From Methylibium sp. (GTDB taxonomy: Bacteria; Pseudomonadota; Gammaproteobacteria; Burkholderiales; Burkholderiaceae_C), in NCBI GenBank assembly GCA_035553715.1, contig DATMJX010000334.1, forward strand, positions 1 to 51,326: DNA of 51,326 nt. Direction: 5' to 3'. The notes under the pieces were generated by a model, which worked only from the letters and a program-made list of their open reading frames with translations, had not been told where the DNA came from and ran no database searches. Positions within the stretch are counted from its first letter, which is position 1. Each line of letters begins with the position of its first letter. Below are positions 17,378 to 26,038 of the stretch, piece by piece. Both the position numbers and the translations under genes were made by a program.

Positions 17378-18607
17378 ATGCTTGCTCCCGAACGCTTCGA
17401 CGTCGTCGTCATCGGCGCCGGCGCCGCCGGCCTGTTCTGCGCCGGCGTCGCCGGCCAGCGCGGGCTGAAGGTGCTGCTGCTCGACCATGCCGAGAAGCTG
17501 GCCGAGAAGATCCGCATCTCCGGCGGCGGGCGCTGCAACTTCACGAACCGCGACGCCGGCCCGGCGAACTTCCTGTCCGAGAACCCGGCCTTCTGCCGCT
17601 CGGCGCTGACGCGCTACACGCCGCGCGACTTCCTCGCCCTGGTGCAGCGCCACCGCATCGCCTGGCATGAGAAGCACAAGGGCCAGCTGTTCTGCGACGA
17701 CAGCAGCGAGCAGATCATCGCGATGCTGCTGCGCGAATGCGAGGCCGGCGGCGTCGTGCGACGCCAGCCCTGCCGGGTGCAGGCGCTGCGCCAGGCCGAA
17801 GCCGGCTTCGAGCTCGACACTGACGCCGGGCCGGTGCGCGCCGCGCGCGTGGTCGTCGCGACCGGCGGACTCTCGATTCCGAAGATCGGCGCCAGCGACT
17901 TCGGCTACCGCATCGCCCGGCAGTTCGGCCACCGCATCGTCGAGCCGCGCCCGGCGCTGGTGCCGCTGACTTTCGATGCCGGCGCCTGGGCGCCGTTCGC
18001 GGCGCTGGCCGGGCTGTCGCTCGAGGTCGGCATCGCCACCGGCGCCGGCAAGGCGCGCGGCGCCTTCGTCGAGGACCTGCTGTTCACGCACCGGGGCTTG
18101 AGCGGCCCGGCCGTGCTGCAGATCTCGAGCTACTGGCAGCCGGACACGCCAATCACGGTGGACCTGGCGCCCGGCCAGGACCTGGCCGCCGCGCTGCGCG
18201 AGGCCAAGGCGGTGTCGAAACGCCAACTCGGCAACGAGCTGGCCACGCGGCTGCCGGCGCGGCTGGCCGAGGCCTGGTGCGTCCCGCTGGGCGCGCTGGC
18301 CGCGCGGCCGCTGCCGGAGTGCAAGGACAGGGACCTGGCCGCGCTGGCCGCCTCGCTGCAGGACTGGCGGCTCGTGCCCACCGGCACCGAGGGCTGGCGC
18401 AAGGCCGAGGTCACCGCCGGCGGCGTCGACACCCGGGAGTTGAGCTCGCAGACGCTGGAGAGCCGCCGCGTCCCCGGCCTGCACTTCATCGGCGAGGTGG
18501 TCGACGTGACCGGCTGGCTCGGTGGTTACAACTTCCAGTGGGCCTGGGCCAGCGCCCATGCCTGCGCCACCGCCTGCGCCGAGGCGCTGCGTCCCGCGTC
18601 GGCCTGA
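17378..18607 (+). CDS. HI0933/BaiN/YhiN-family flavoprotein
   Basis: IGAGAAG, KIRISGGGRCNFTN, ATGGLSIP, LFTHRGLSGP, GEVVDVTGWLGGYNFQWA. Confidence 0.92.
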   Translation: MLAPERFDVVVIGAGAAGLFCAGVAGQRGLKVLLLDHAEKLAEKIRISGGGRCNFTNRDAGPANFLSENPAFCRSALTRYTPRDFLALVQRHRIAWHEKHKGQLFCDDSSEQIIAMLLRECEAGGVVRRQPCRVQALRQAEAGFELDTDAGPVRAARVVVATGGLSIPKIGASDFGYRIARQFGHRIVEPRPALVPLTFDAGAWAPFAALAGLSLEVGIATGAGKARGAFVEDLLFTHRGLSGPAVLQISSYWQPDTPITVDLAPGQDLAAALREAKAVSKRQLGNELATRLPARLAEAWCVPLGALAARPLPECKDRDLAALAASLQDWRLVPTGTEGWRKAEVTAGGVDTRELSSQTLESRRVPGLHFIGEVVDVTGWLGGYNFQWAWASAHACATACAEALRPASA

Positions 18608-18636
18608 GGCGGGCTGGCGCGCCGGGCAAGTCTGCA

Positions 18637-18642
18637 TATAAT
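18637..18642 (+). promoter_or_regulatory. Sigma-70 -10 element upstream of rpsU
   Basis: Perfect TATAAT in a very GC-rich intergenic region about 100 nt before rpsU. Confidence 0.6.
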
Positions 18643-18740
18643 CGCCGTCTTTGCTGGCAAACCGCGTCCGAGCGAGCGCCATCGGCCATCCGGAAAGGCC
18701 GGCGACCGCCACCGGACGCACATCTAGGATCCACCGCTAC

Positions 18741-18953
18741 ATGACCACCATCCGTGTCAAAGAGAACGAGCCCTTCGACGTGGCTCTTCGTCGCTTCAAG
18801 CGCACCATCGAGAAGCTCGGCCTCCTGACCGACCTGCGTGCCCGCGAGTTCTACGAGAAGCCCACCGCCGAGCGTAAGCGCAAGAAGGCCGCCGCGGTCA
18901 AGCGCCACTTCAAGCGCGTGCGCAGCATGCAGCTGCCGAAGAAGCTCTACTGA
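18741..18953 (+). CDS. rpsU: 30S ribosomal protein S21
   Basis: [21 protein letters not shown]...EFYEKPT. Confidence 0.98.
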   Translation: MTTIRVKENEPFDVALRRFKRTIEKLGLLTDLRAREFYEKPTAERKRKKAAAVKRHFKRVRSMQLPKKLY

Positions 18954-18977
18954 GCCCGGCGCGACACGCTTCCCACC

Positions 18978-19017
18978 AAGCCCGCCCGGGGACGCCCGCG
19001 CGGGCTTGCTCGTTTCT
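18978..19017 (+). terminator. Probable intrinsic terminator or stabilising hairpin after rpsU
   Basis: AAGCCCGC...GCGGGCTT stem followed by GCTCGTTTCT. The U-tract is weak. Confidence 0.5.
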
Positions 19018-19029
19018 GGAGACTAGCCC

Positions 19030-19476
19030 ATGAGCCTGAAAGACCGCATCACCGAGGACATGAAGGCCGCGATGCGCGCCAAGGAGGCCGAGCGCCTCGG
19101 CACCATCCGCCTGCTGCTGGCCGCGCTGAAGCAGAAGGAGGTCGACGAGCGCGTCACGCTCGACGACGCGATGGTGATCGCCATCGTCGACAAGCTGATC
19201 AAGCAGCGCAAGGACTCGATCGCGCAATTCACCACCGCCGGCCGCCAGGACCTGGTCGACAAGGAGAGCGCCGAGCTGCAGGTGCTCGAGGCCTACCTGC
19301 CGGCGCGGCTGAGCGCCGAGCAGGTAGCTGCCGAGGTCGCCAAGCTGGTGACCGAGCTCGGCGCCAGCGGCCCGGCCGACATGGGCAAGGTGATGGGCGC
19401 CGCCAAGCAGCGCCTCGCCGGCAACGCCGACATGGGCCTGGTCTCGGCCGCGGTGAAGCAGGCGCTGGCGAAGTAA
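19030..19476 (+). CDS. GatB/YqeY domain protein
   Basis: MSLKDRITEDMKAAMRAK...KQRKDSI...DMGKVMG. Usual position after rpsU. Confidence 0.93.
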   Translation: MSLKDRITEDMKAAMRAKEAERLGTIRLLLAALKQKEVDERVTLDDAMVIAIVDKLIKQRKDSIAQFTTAGRQDLVDKESAELQVLEAYLPARLSAEQVAAEVAKLVTELGASGPADMGKVMGAAKQRLAGNADMGLVSAAVKQALAK

Positions 19477-19502
19477 GCTCCGCCTGCAGACTCGAAGGAG
19501 AC

Positions 19503-19853
19503 ATGATGGATCTGCCCGTATCGCGCCTGAACGCCGAGATCGCCGTCGCCCCCCAGCTCGGCCCCGAGGCCATGACCGCCGCGGCCGCCGCCGGCTTCCG
19601 CAGCGTGATCAACAACCGCCCGGACTTCGAGGGCGGCCCCGAGCAGCCGACCAGCGCCGCGATCGAGGCGGCGGCCCGTGCCGCCGGCCTCGAGTACGTC
19701 CATCTGCCGGTGGCCAGCGCCTTCCAGTCGCCCGAGCAGGCCCAGGCGATGGCCGACGCGCTCGAGCGCCTGCCCAAGCCGGTGCTGGCCTTCTGCCGCA
19801 GCGGCGCGCGCAGCGGCCGCCTCTACCAGATGGCCTGCGCGCTGCGCGGCTAG
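19503..19853 (+). CDS. TIGR01244/DUF442 sulfurtransferase/phosphatase-like protein
   Basis: VAPQL, SVINNRPDFE and PVLAFCRSGARS active-site loop. Confidence 0.87.
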   Translation: MMDLPVSRLNAEIAVAPQLGPEAMTAAAAAGFRSVINNRPDFEGGPEQPTSAAIEAAARAAGLEYVHLPVASAFQSPEQAQAMADALERLPKPVLAFCRSGARSGRLYQMACALRG

Positions 19854-19923
19854 CGCGGTCCGCTCCCGGGCCGGACCGCGTCCCCCAGAGGACCGGTCGG
19901 CCGATCGCCGGACGAGGGTTCTC

Positions 19924-21114
19924 ATCCGCTATATCGCCCACCTCGACATGGACGCGTTCTACGCGTCCGTCGAGTTGCTGCGCTACCCGGAGCTGAAGGG
20001 CCGCCCGGTCGTGATCGGCGGTGGCCGCCGCCACCAGCCCGAAGTCCTGCCCGACGGCACACGCCGCTACGCGACGCTGCGCCACTACGCCGGCCGCGGC
20101 GTCATCACCACCGCGACCTACGCGGCACGCGCCTTCGGCCTGCACTCGGGCATGGGGCTGATGAAGGCAGCCGCGCTCGCCCCCGACGCGATCCTGCTGC
20201 CGACCGATTTCGACGCCTACCGGGCGCATTCGCGCGCCTTCAAGGCGGCGGTGGCCGAGGTGGTGGGCAGCGAGCCGCCGGTGATCGAGGACCGCGGCAT
20301 CGACGAGATCTACATCGACCTCAGCGCCCTGCCAGGGCTCGCGGCCGACGGCGGCGCGGCCGTCGCGCGCGCGATCAAGGCGCGCGTGCTCGAGCGCACC
20401 GGCCTGAGCTGCTCGATCGGCGTCACGCCGAACAAGCTGCTCTCCAAGCTCGCCTCCGACCTCGACAAGCCCGACGGCCTGACGATCCTGCGCGAAGCCG
20501 ACCTCGCGACACGCATCTGGCCGCTGCCGGCTGCGCGCATCAACGGCATCGGCCCGAAGGCCGCGGCCCGACTCGCAACACTGGGCATCCACACGATCGG
20601 GGAGCTCGCCGCGGCCGACCCGGACTGGCTCGTCGCGCAGTTCGGCCGCAGCCATGGCGCCTGGATGCACGAGGCCGCGCACGGCCGCGACGAGCGGCCG
20701 GTCGTGACCTACAGCGAGCCCAAGAGCCTGAGCCGCGAGACCACCTTCGAGCGCGACCTGCACGCGCAGCGCGACCGCGCCGAGCTGTCGGCGATCTTCA
20801 CGCGGCTGTGCGAGCAGCTCGCCGCCGACCTGCAGCGCAAGGGCCGGCTCGGCCGCACGATCGGGCTGAAGCTGCGCTACGACGACTTCCACACCGTCAC
20901 GCGCGACCTGACGCTGGAGCAGCCGGTCGACGACGCCGCGTCGATCCGCCGCGCCGCCGGCGCCTGCCTGAAGCGCGTGCCGCTGGAGCGCCGGCTGCGC
21001 CTGCTCGGCGTGCGCGCCGGCTCGCTCTCGCGCCCCGGCGAGGCGCCGGCGGCGCGCCGGCCGACGCCGCGCGCAACCGCCACGCCCTACACGCCCGAGC
21101 TGTTCGAGGACTGA
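19924..21114 (+). CDS. dinB: DNA polymerase IV (Y family); start codon unclear, possibly non-canonical ATC
   Basis: IAHLDMDAFYASVE, TYAARAFGLHSGM, GIDEIYIDL, SIGVTPNKLLSKLASDLDKPDG, GIGPK, KSLSRETTF, RLLGV. Confidence 0.92.
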   Translation: MRYIAHLDMDAFYASVELLRYPELKGRPVVIGGGRRHQPEVLPDGTRRYATLRHYAGRGVITTATYAARAFGLHSGMGLMKAAALAPDAILLPTDFDAYRAHSRAFKAAVAEVVGSEPPVIEDRGIDEIYIDLSALPGLAADGGAAVARAIKARVLERTGLSCSIGVTPNKLLSKLASDLDKPDGLTILREADLATRIWPLPAARINGIGPKAAARLATLGIHTIGELAAADPDWLVAQFGRSHGAWMHEAAHGRDERPVVTYSEPKSLSRETTFERDLHAQRDRAELSAIFTRLCEQLAADLQRKGRLGRTIGLKLRYDDFHTVTRDLTLEQPVDDAASIRRAAGACLKRVPLERRLRLLGVRAGSLSRPGEAPAARRPTPRATATPYTPELFED

Positions 21115-21126
21115 GCGCGCCGCGCC

Positions 21127-22020
21127 CTAGAGCGTGGCGACGTCGAAGGTGTCGCAGTCGCTCGGACGGCCGCCGTCGTGGCCGCGGCGGAACCAGCGCA
21201 TGCGCTGTGCGCTCGTGCCGTGGGTGAAGCTCTCGGGCACGACGCTGCCGCGCGCCTGGCGCTGCAGCGTGTCGTCGCCGATCTGCGCGGCCGCGTTCAG
21301 CGCCTCCTCGAGATCGCCCTGCTCCAGCCAGCCGCGCGCCTGCTGCGAATGGTGGGCCCAGACGCCGGCGAAGCAGTCGGCCTGCAGCTCCAGGCGCACG
21401 CTCAGCGCATTGCCCTCGGCCGCGTTGCTGCGCTGGCGGGCCGCCTGCACCCGGGCGCTGATGCCTAGCTGCTGCTGCACATGGTGGCCGACCTCGTGCG
21501 CGATCACATAGGCCTGCGCGAAGTCGCCGGGCGCGCCCAGGCGCTGCCGCAGCGTGTCGAAGAACTCGAGGTCGATGTAGACCTTGCGGTCACCGGGGCA
21601 GTAGAACGGCCCCATTGCGCTGTCGCCGCCCCCGCAGGCGGTCGGCGTCGCACCGCGGAACAGCACCAGCCGCGGCGGCGTGTACTCGGCGCGGCCGGCG
21701 CGGAAGATCTCGCCCCAGGTCTCCTCGGTGCTGCGCAGCACCACCGACACGAACTGGGCCGGCGCATCGCCGGCCGGCGGTGCCGGCGCCGGCCCGGGTG
21801 CGCTCTCGACCGAGGGAGGCGACCCGCCACCGAGCAGGCCGAGCACCGTCAGTGGGTTGACACCCAGGAGCCAGCTCGCGAGCAGCGCGACGACGATCGT
21901 GCCCAGCCCGATGCCGCGCCCGCCAGTCGGCAGGCCCGGCAGGCGGCCGCCGCCACGACGGTCCTCGACGTTGTCGCTGCGCTCCTGGTCTTCCCACTTC
22001 ATCGCCGTCTCCCGCGCCAT
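21127..22020 (-). CDS. YpfJ-like neutral zinc metallopeptidase
   Basis: SDNVEDRRG, GPFYCPGD, AHEVGHHVQ, ELQADC, FTHGTS. The start may be ATG 22002. Confidence 0.9.
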   Translation of the reverse strand: MARETAMKWEDQERSDNVEDRRGGGRLPGLPTGGRGIGLGTIVVALLASWLLGVNPLTVLGLLGGGSPPSVESAPGPAPAPPAGDAPAQFVSVVLRSTEETWGEIFRAGRAEYTPPRLVLFRGATPTACGGGDSAMGPFYCPGDRKVYIDLEFFDTLRQRLGAPGDFAQAYVIAHEVGHHVQQQLGISARVQAARQRSNAAEGNALSVRLELQADCFAGVWAHHSQQARGWLEQGDLEEALNAAAQIGDDTLQRQARGSVVPESFTHGTSAQRMRWFRRGHDGGRPSDCDTFDVATL

Positions 22021-22102
22021 GACCGACGCGTTCGATGGTAGGACGAACGAGGGATCGCCGCCGCCCGCACCGCCGTGGCCGCGCCCAGCGGCGGCGCCCG
22101 GC

Positions 22103-22672
22103 TCAGGTCTTCGGCAACGTCACGCCGCGCTGGCCCTGGTACTTGCCGCCGCGGTCCTTGTAGCTGGTCTCGCAGACCTCGTCGCTCTCGAAGAACAGCA
22201 CCTGCGCGCAACCCTCGCCGGCGTAGATCTTGGCCGGCAGCGGCGTGGTGTTGCTGAACTCCAACGTCACATAGCCTTCCCACTCGGGCTCGAAGGGCGT
22301 CACGTTGACGATGATCCCGCAGCGCGCGTAGGTGCTCTTGCCCAGGCAGATCGTCAGCACGTTGCGCGGGATGCGGAAGTACTCGACGGTGCGCGCGAGC
22401 GCGAAGCTGTTGGGTGGGATGATGCAGACGTCGGCCTCGATGTCGACGAAGCTCTTCTCGTCGAAGGCCTTCGGGTCGACGACCGTCGAATAGATGTTCG
22501 TGAAGACCTTGAATTCGGGCGCGCAGCGGATGTCGTAGCCGTAGCTCGAGGTGCCGTAGGAGACGATCTTGTGGCCGTCGGCCGCGTGGCGCACCTGACC
22601 CGGCTCGAAGGGCTCGATCATGCCGTGCTGCTCGGCCATGCGGCGGATCCACTTGTCGCTCTTGATGCTCAT
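22103..22672 (-). CDS. dcd: dCTP deaminase
   Basis: [38 protein letters not shown]. Confidence 0.97.
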   Translation of the reverse strand: MSIKSDKWIRRMAEQHGMIEPFEPGQVRHAADGHKIVSYGTSSYGYDIRCAPEFKVFTNIYSTVVDPKAFDEKSFVDIEADVCIIPPNSFALARTVEYFRIPRNVLTICLGKSTYARCGIIVNVTPFEPEWEGYVTLEFSNTTPLPAKIYAGEGCAQVLFFESDEVCETSYKDRGGKYQGQRGVTLPKT

Positions 22673-22714
22673 CACGCGTCCTCGGAAGAAGCCCGGATTA
22701 TCCGGGCTGCCCGC

Positions 22715-23578
22715 TCAGGCGCGCGCCGGCTGGGCCAGCGACGGCTCGGCGTCGAAACGCTCGAAGCCGCTGTAGCAGAGGAAGTGCCGGTTCATCGCGC
22801 GGCCGAACAGCGCCAGGCCGAGCCGCGTCGCGAGCTCGTGGCCCATTTGCGTGATGCCCGAGCGCGACACGACGATCGGCACGCCCATCTGAGCCGACTT
22901 GATGACCATCTCGCTGGTCAGCCGGCCGGTCGTGTAGAAGGCCTTGTCGGCACCGCCCTGGCCCTGCAACCACATCCATCCGGCCAACGTGTCGATCGCG
23001 TTGTGGCGGCCGACGTCCTCGACGAAGCGCTCCAGGCGCGCATCGTCGCCATCGATCGTGAAGATCGCGCAGCCGTGCACCGAACCGGCCGACTTGTAGG
23101 TGCTCTCCTGCCGCCGCACCGCCTCCAGCAGCGCGTAGAGAGCGCGCTGGCTGATGCGTGCCTGCGCGGCCGACGGCAGCACGACCGCGTCGAGCTCGTC
23201 CATCAAGCCACCGAACACCGTGCCTTGCCCGCAGCCGGTGGTGACGACACGCCGGGCGGTCTTGCGCTCGAAGTCCTCGATGCCACGCCGGGTCCGGACC
23301 GCGGCGGCGCCGACGTCCCAGTCCACGGTGATCGACTCGATGTCGTGCACCGCGCCGACCAGCCGCTGGTTGCGCAGGTAGCCAAGTACCAGCAGCTCCG
23401 GCGCCGCGCCCAGCGTCATCAGCGTGACGAGCTCGCGCTTGTCGACGAAGACCGTCAGCGGCCGCTCCGCCGGGATCTGGATCGCCTGGCGCGCGCCAAG
23501 CTCGTCCAGCACCTCGACCGTGCGGGTCAACGGGACGCCGGCGGCGGTCAGCCTCGGCAGGGCGTCAGGAGACGTCAT
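22715..23578 (-). CDS. fdhD: Formate dehydrogenase accessory sulfurtransferase FdhD
   Basis: ERPLTVFV, TTGCGQG, GSVHGCA, EDVGRHNAID, TGRLTSEMVIK. Confidence 0.92.
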   Translation of the reverse strand: MTSPDALPRLTAAGVPLTRTVEVLDELGARQAIQIPAERPLTVFVDKRELVTLMTLGAAPELLVLGYLRNQRLVGAVHDIESITVDWDVGAAAVRTRRGIEDFERKTARRVVTTGCGQGTVFGGLMDELDAVVLPSAAQARISQRALYALLEAVRRQESTYKSAGSVHGCAIFTIDGDDARLERFVEDVGRHNAIDTLAGWMWLQGQGGADKAFYTTGRLTSEMVIKSAQMGVPIVVSRSGITQMGHELATRLGLALFGRAMNRHFLCYSGFERFDAEPSLAQPARA

Positions 23579-23659
23579 CGCGCGAGCATCGCACAAGCCG
23601 ACACCGCAGCGGCACGCAGGCGAAGACAGGGCGGTCGCGCCGGCGTCGGCGCAAGCGCC

Positions 23660-24013
23660 TCACTTGCGGGGCGGTGCCGCCGTGGCAGCCGGCGCCGCGG
23701 CCACCGGCGCAGCGGGCGCCGGTGCGACGCCATCGGGGTTGTAGACGAAGGGGCCCGGGTCGGCGCAGGCCGGCGTCGCGGTGGCCGAGCCCGGATCCTT
23801 GCCACTGCTCTTGAAGTAGTGCGCCGCGGTCCGGTCCATCGCCAGGCACAGCTTGTAGGCGCTGACCTTGTCGCCGTGCGCCGTCTTGGCCTTGGCCTCG
23901 TCGGCCTTGGCCTTGGCCTCGGGCGTCGGTGCCGGCAGCTTCGCCAGCGCGGCGACCGGGAGGGCGAGCAGCGCCGCGCACGACGCGGCGATCCAGGGGT
24001 GCATTCGGGTCAT
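23660..24013 (-). CDS. Small secreted hypothetical protein in the fdh cluster
   Basis: Sec-type signal (CAALLALPVAALA), Ala/Lys-rich helix, two Cys (YKLC, ACADPGPF). AGGAGG Shine-Dalgarno upstream. Confidence 0.7.
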   Translation of the reverse strand: MTRMHPWIAASCAALLALPVAALAKLPAPTPEAKAKADEAKAKTAHGDKVSAYKLCLAMDRTAAHYFKSSGKDPGSATATPACADPGPFVYNPDGVAPAPAAPVAAAPAATAAPPRK

Positions 24014-24033
24014 CGCGGGCCTCCTCGTGGGTC

Positions 24034-25134
24034 TCAAGCCGGCACGGTCGGGTTCGTGGGCGGCGCGCTCGCCGAACGCTGGGCGGGAATCTTGCCCGCC
24101 GCAACGTCCGCGGCCCACAGCTCATGGTGCTCGCGGGCCCAGGTCTCGTCGACGTAGCCGCTGCGCATCGCCTGGTAGGCCCCCTTCATGCCGATCGTGC
24201 CGAGGTAGATATGGCCGAGGAACATCGCCATCATCAGGATCGTCGCGACCGCGTGGATGATGTGCGCGATCTGCATGTCGCCACGCGTGTAGGCCAGGCC
24301 CGGGATCAGCTTGTCGAGCACCAGCCCCGAGGCGACCACCAGCGCGCCCAGCGCGAACACGCCGCCCCAGAAAACGATCTTCTCGCCGGCGTTGAAGCGG
24401 TGCGAGGGCACGTGCGCGCCATTGAACAGGCCGCCGCCCTTGGCGAGCCAGACGAGGTCGTCACGGCTCGGCAGGTTGTCACGCACGAAGGTCAGGAACA
24501 CGATCAGCAACGACACCGCGAACAGCGGCCCGGCGAAGTTGTGCGCGGTCTTCAGCGCGTAGGCAAGGCCGCCGAACAGCGTGCCGCCGATCACCGGCAG
24601 CAGGAAGAACTTGCCGAAGGCCATCACCACCCCCGACACCGCCAGCACGACGAAGGCGGCCGCGTTGCTCCAGTGCGCCGCGCGCTCGAAGTAGGTGAAG
24701 CGCTCGATCTTGCGGCCGGTCTCCGCCCCGTGCAGGCCGATGCTGCCGCGGGCCCGGTAGAACAGCGCGATCGCCAGCAGCGTGATCAGCAGCAGCCCGC
24801 CACCGTAGGGCAGGATCCAGCGGTTGCGCAGCTCGCGCCAGGCCTCGCCGGCGGTCGTCAGCCTGGTGCCCGGGTAGCGGACGAATTCCTGGATCAGCAC
24901 CCCCTTCTCGGCGCCCGGCAGGCTGGTGGTGCCGGCCTCGCCGCCGGAGCCGCGCACCGCGCGCCAGAACGGCGCGTTGTTGTAGGGCTGGGTCTGGCTG
25001 CGCTCCGCGTTGCTCTCGGCGGCCGAGGCCGCCGGCAGGGCCTCGGCCGGCGCCGGCTGAGCCCACGCGAGGGCACCCCACAGCGCCAGCAGGCTGGCGG
25101 CGCACCACGATCGAAGCTTGCAGCTCATGGCCAT
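24034..25134 (-). CDS. Formate dehydrogenase gamma subunit (cytochrome b556) with N-terminal periplasmic extension
   Basis: IERFTYFERAAHW, HNFAGPLF, RFNAGEK, H...HIYLG, WAREHHELW heme-b motifs. Signal-like N-terminus. Confidence 0.9.
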   Translation of the reverse strand: MAMSCKLRSWCAASLLALWGALAWAQPAPAEALPAASAAESNAERSQTQPYNNAPFWRAVRGSGGEAGTTSLPGAEKGVLIQEFVRYPGTRLTTAGEAWRELRNRWILPYGGGLLLITLLAIALFYRARGSIGLHGAETGRKIERFTYFERAAHWSNAAAFVVLAVSGVVMAFGKFFLLPVIGGTLFGGLAYALKTAHNFAGPLFAVSLLIVFLTFVRDNLPSRDDLVWLAKGGGLFNGAHVPSHRFNAGEKIVFWGGVFALGALVVASGLVLDKLIPGLAYTRGDMQIAHIIHAVATILMMAMFLGHIYLGTIGMKGAYQAMRSGYVDETWAREHHELWAADVAAGKIPAQRSASAPPTNPTVPA

Positions 25135-25156
25135 CCTCGCTTGCGGCTCGTACCGC

Positions 25157-25411
25157 TCACTGCGTGCGCTGGTACTCGTTCTGCTGCTGACCCCGCTGCC
25201 TGAGCTGCTGCTCCCAGCTCGCGCGGTCACCGGCCGTCCAGCCCTCGGCACGGAAGGCCGGGGACGGGCCTCCGTCCCAGGCCTTGGCATCGGCCTTCTT
25301 GGGCGCCTTCGCCCCCTCCTGCGGCGCATCCCCGCAAGCCGCGAGGCCCGCCAGCACCGCGGCGAGCACCGCCCGCACCGCGATGCGCCCGCGCACGAGC
25401 GGCGCGTTCAT
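25157..25411 (-). CDS. Small putative lipoprotein in the fdh operon
   Basis: Lipobox LAAC after a hydrophobic stretch. WTAGDRASWEQQLRQRGQQQNEY tail. ATGA overlap with the beta subunit. Confidence 0.75.
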   Translation of the reverse strand: MNAPLVRGRIAVRAVLAAVLAGLAACGDAPQEGAKAPKKADAKAWDGGPSPAFRAEGWTAGDRASWEQQLRQRGQQQNEYQRTQ

Positions 25412-26028
25412 GATTGCCCCGCCCCGGTCTTGGCCGCGCCGCCCGGCTTGCCGTAGGCCGTGCCCCAGCCCCAGACCTCGGAGCCCTTGCCGCGGTTGAG
25501 CACGCGGGTGCGGAAGATGTCGGCGACCACGTCGCCATCGCCACCGAGCAGGGCCTTGGTGGAGCACATCTCGGCGCAGGCCGGCAGCTTCCCCTCGGCG
25601 AGACGGTTGCTGCCGTACTTCTCGAACTCCTCGTGCGAGCCGTTGGCCTCCGGACCGCCGGCGCAGAAGGTGCACTTGTCCATCTTGCCGCGCAGGCCGA
25701 AGGTGCCGTTGGTCGGAAACTGCGGCGCGCCGAAGGGGCAGGCATAGCTGCAGTAGCCGCAGCCGATGCAGATGTCCTTGTCGTGCAGCACCACGCCCTC
25801 GTCGGTGCGGTAGAAGCAGTCGACCGGGCAGACCGCCATGCAGGGCGCGTCGCTGCAGTGCATGCAGGCCACCGAGATGCTGCGCTCGCCGGGCTGGCCG
25901 TCCCCCATCGTGACGACGCGCCGCCGGTTCACGCCCCAGGGCACCTCGTGCTCGGCCTTGCAGGCCGTGACGCAGCCATTGCACTCGATGCAACGCTCGG
26001 CATCGCAGATGAACTTCATTCGAGCCAT
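25408..26028 (-). CDS. Formate dehydrogenase iron-sulfur (beta) subunit, FDH3 type
   Basis: CIECNGCVTAC, CMHCSDAPCMAVCP, CIGCGYCSYACP, KCTFC...ACAEMC. Confidence 0.93.
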   Translation of the reverse strand: MARMKFICDAERCIECNGCVTACKAEHEVPWGVNRRRVVTMGDGQPGERSISVACMHCSDAPCMAVCPVDCFYRTDEGVVLHDKDICIGCGYCSYACPFGAPQFPTNGTFGLRGKMDKCTFCAGGPEANGSHEEFEKYGSNRLAEGKLPACAEMCSTKALLGGDGDVVADIFRTRVLNRGKGSEVWGWGTAYGKPGGAAKTGAGQS

Positions 26029-26038
26029 CGTCGTCTCC

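Noticed and set aside
19854-19923. LexA box upstream of dinB
   Set aside because: No CTGT-N8-ACAG found; only a GC-rich hairpin (CGCGGTCC...GGACCGCG) after the upstream stop.
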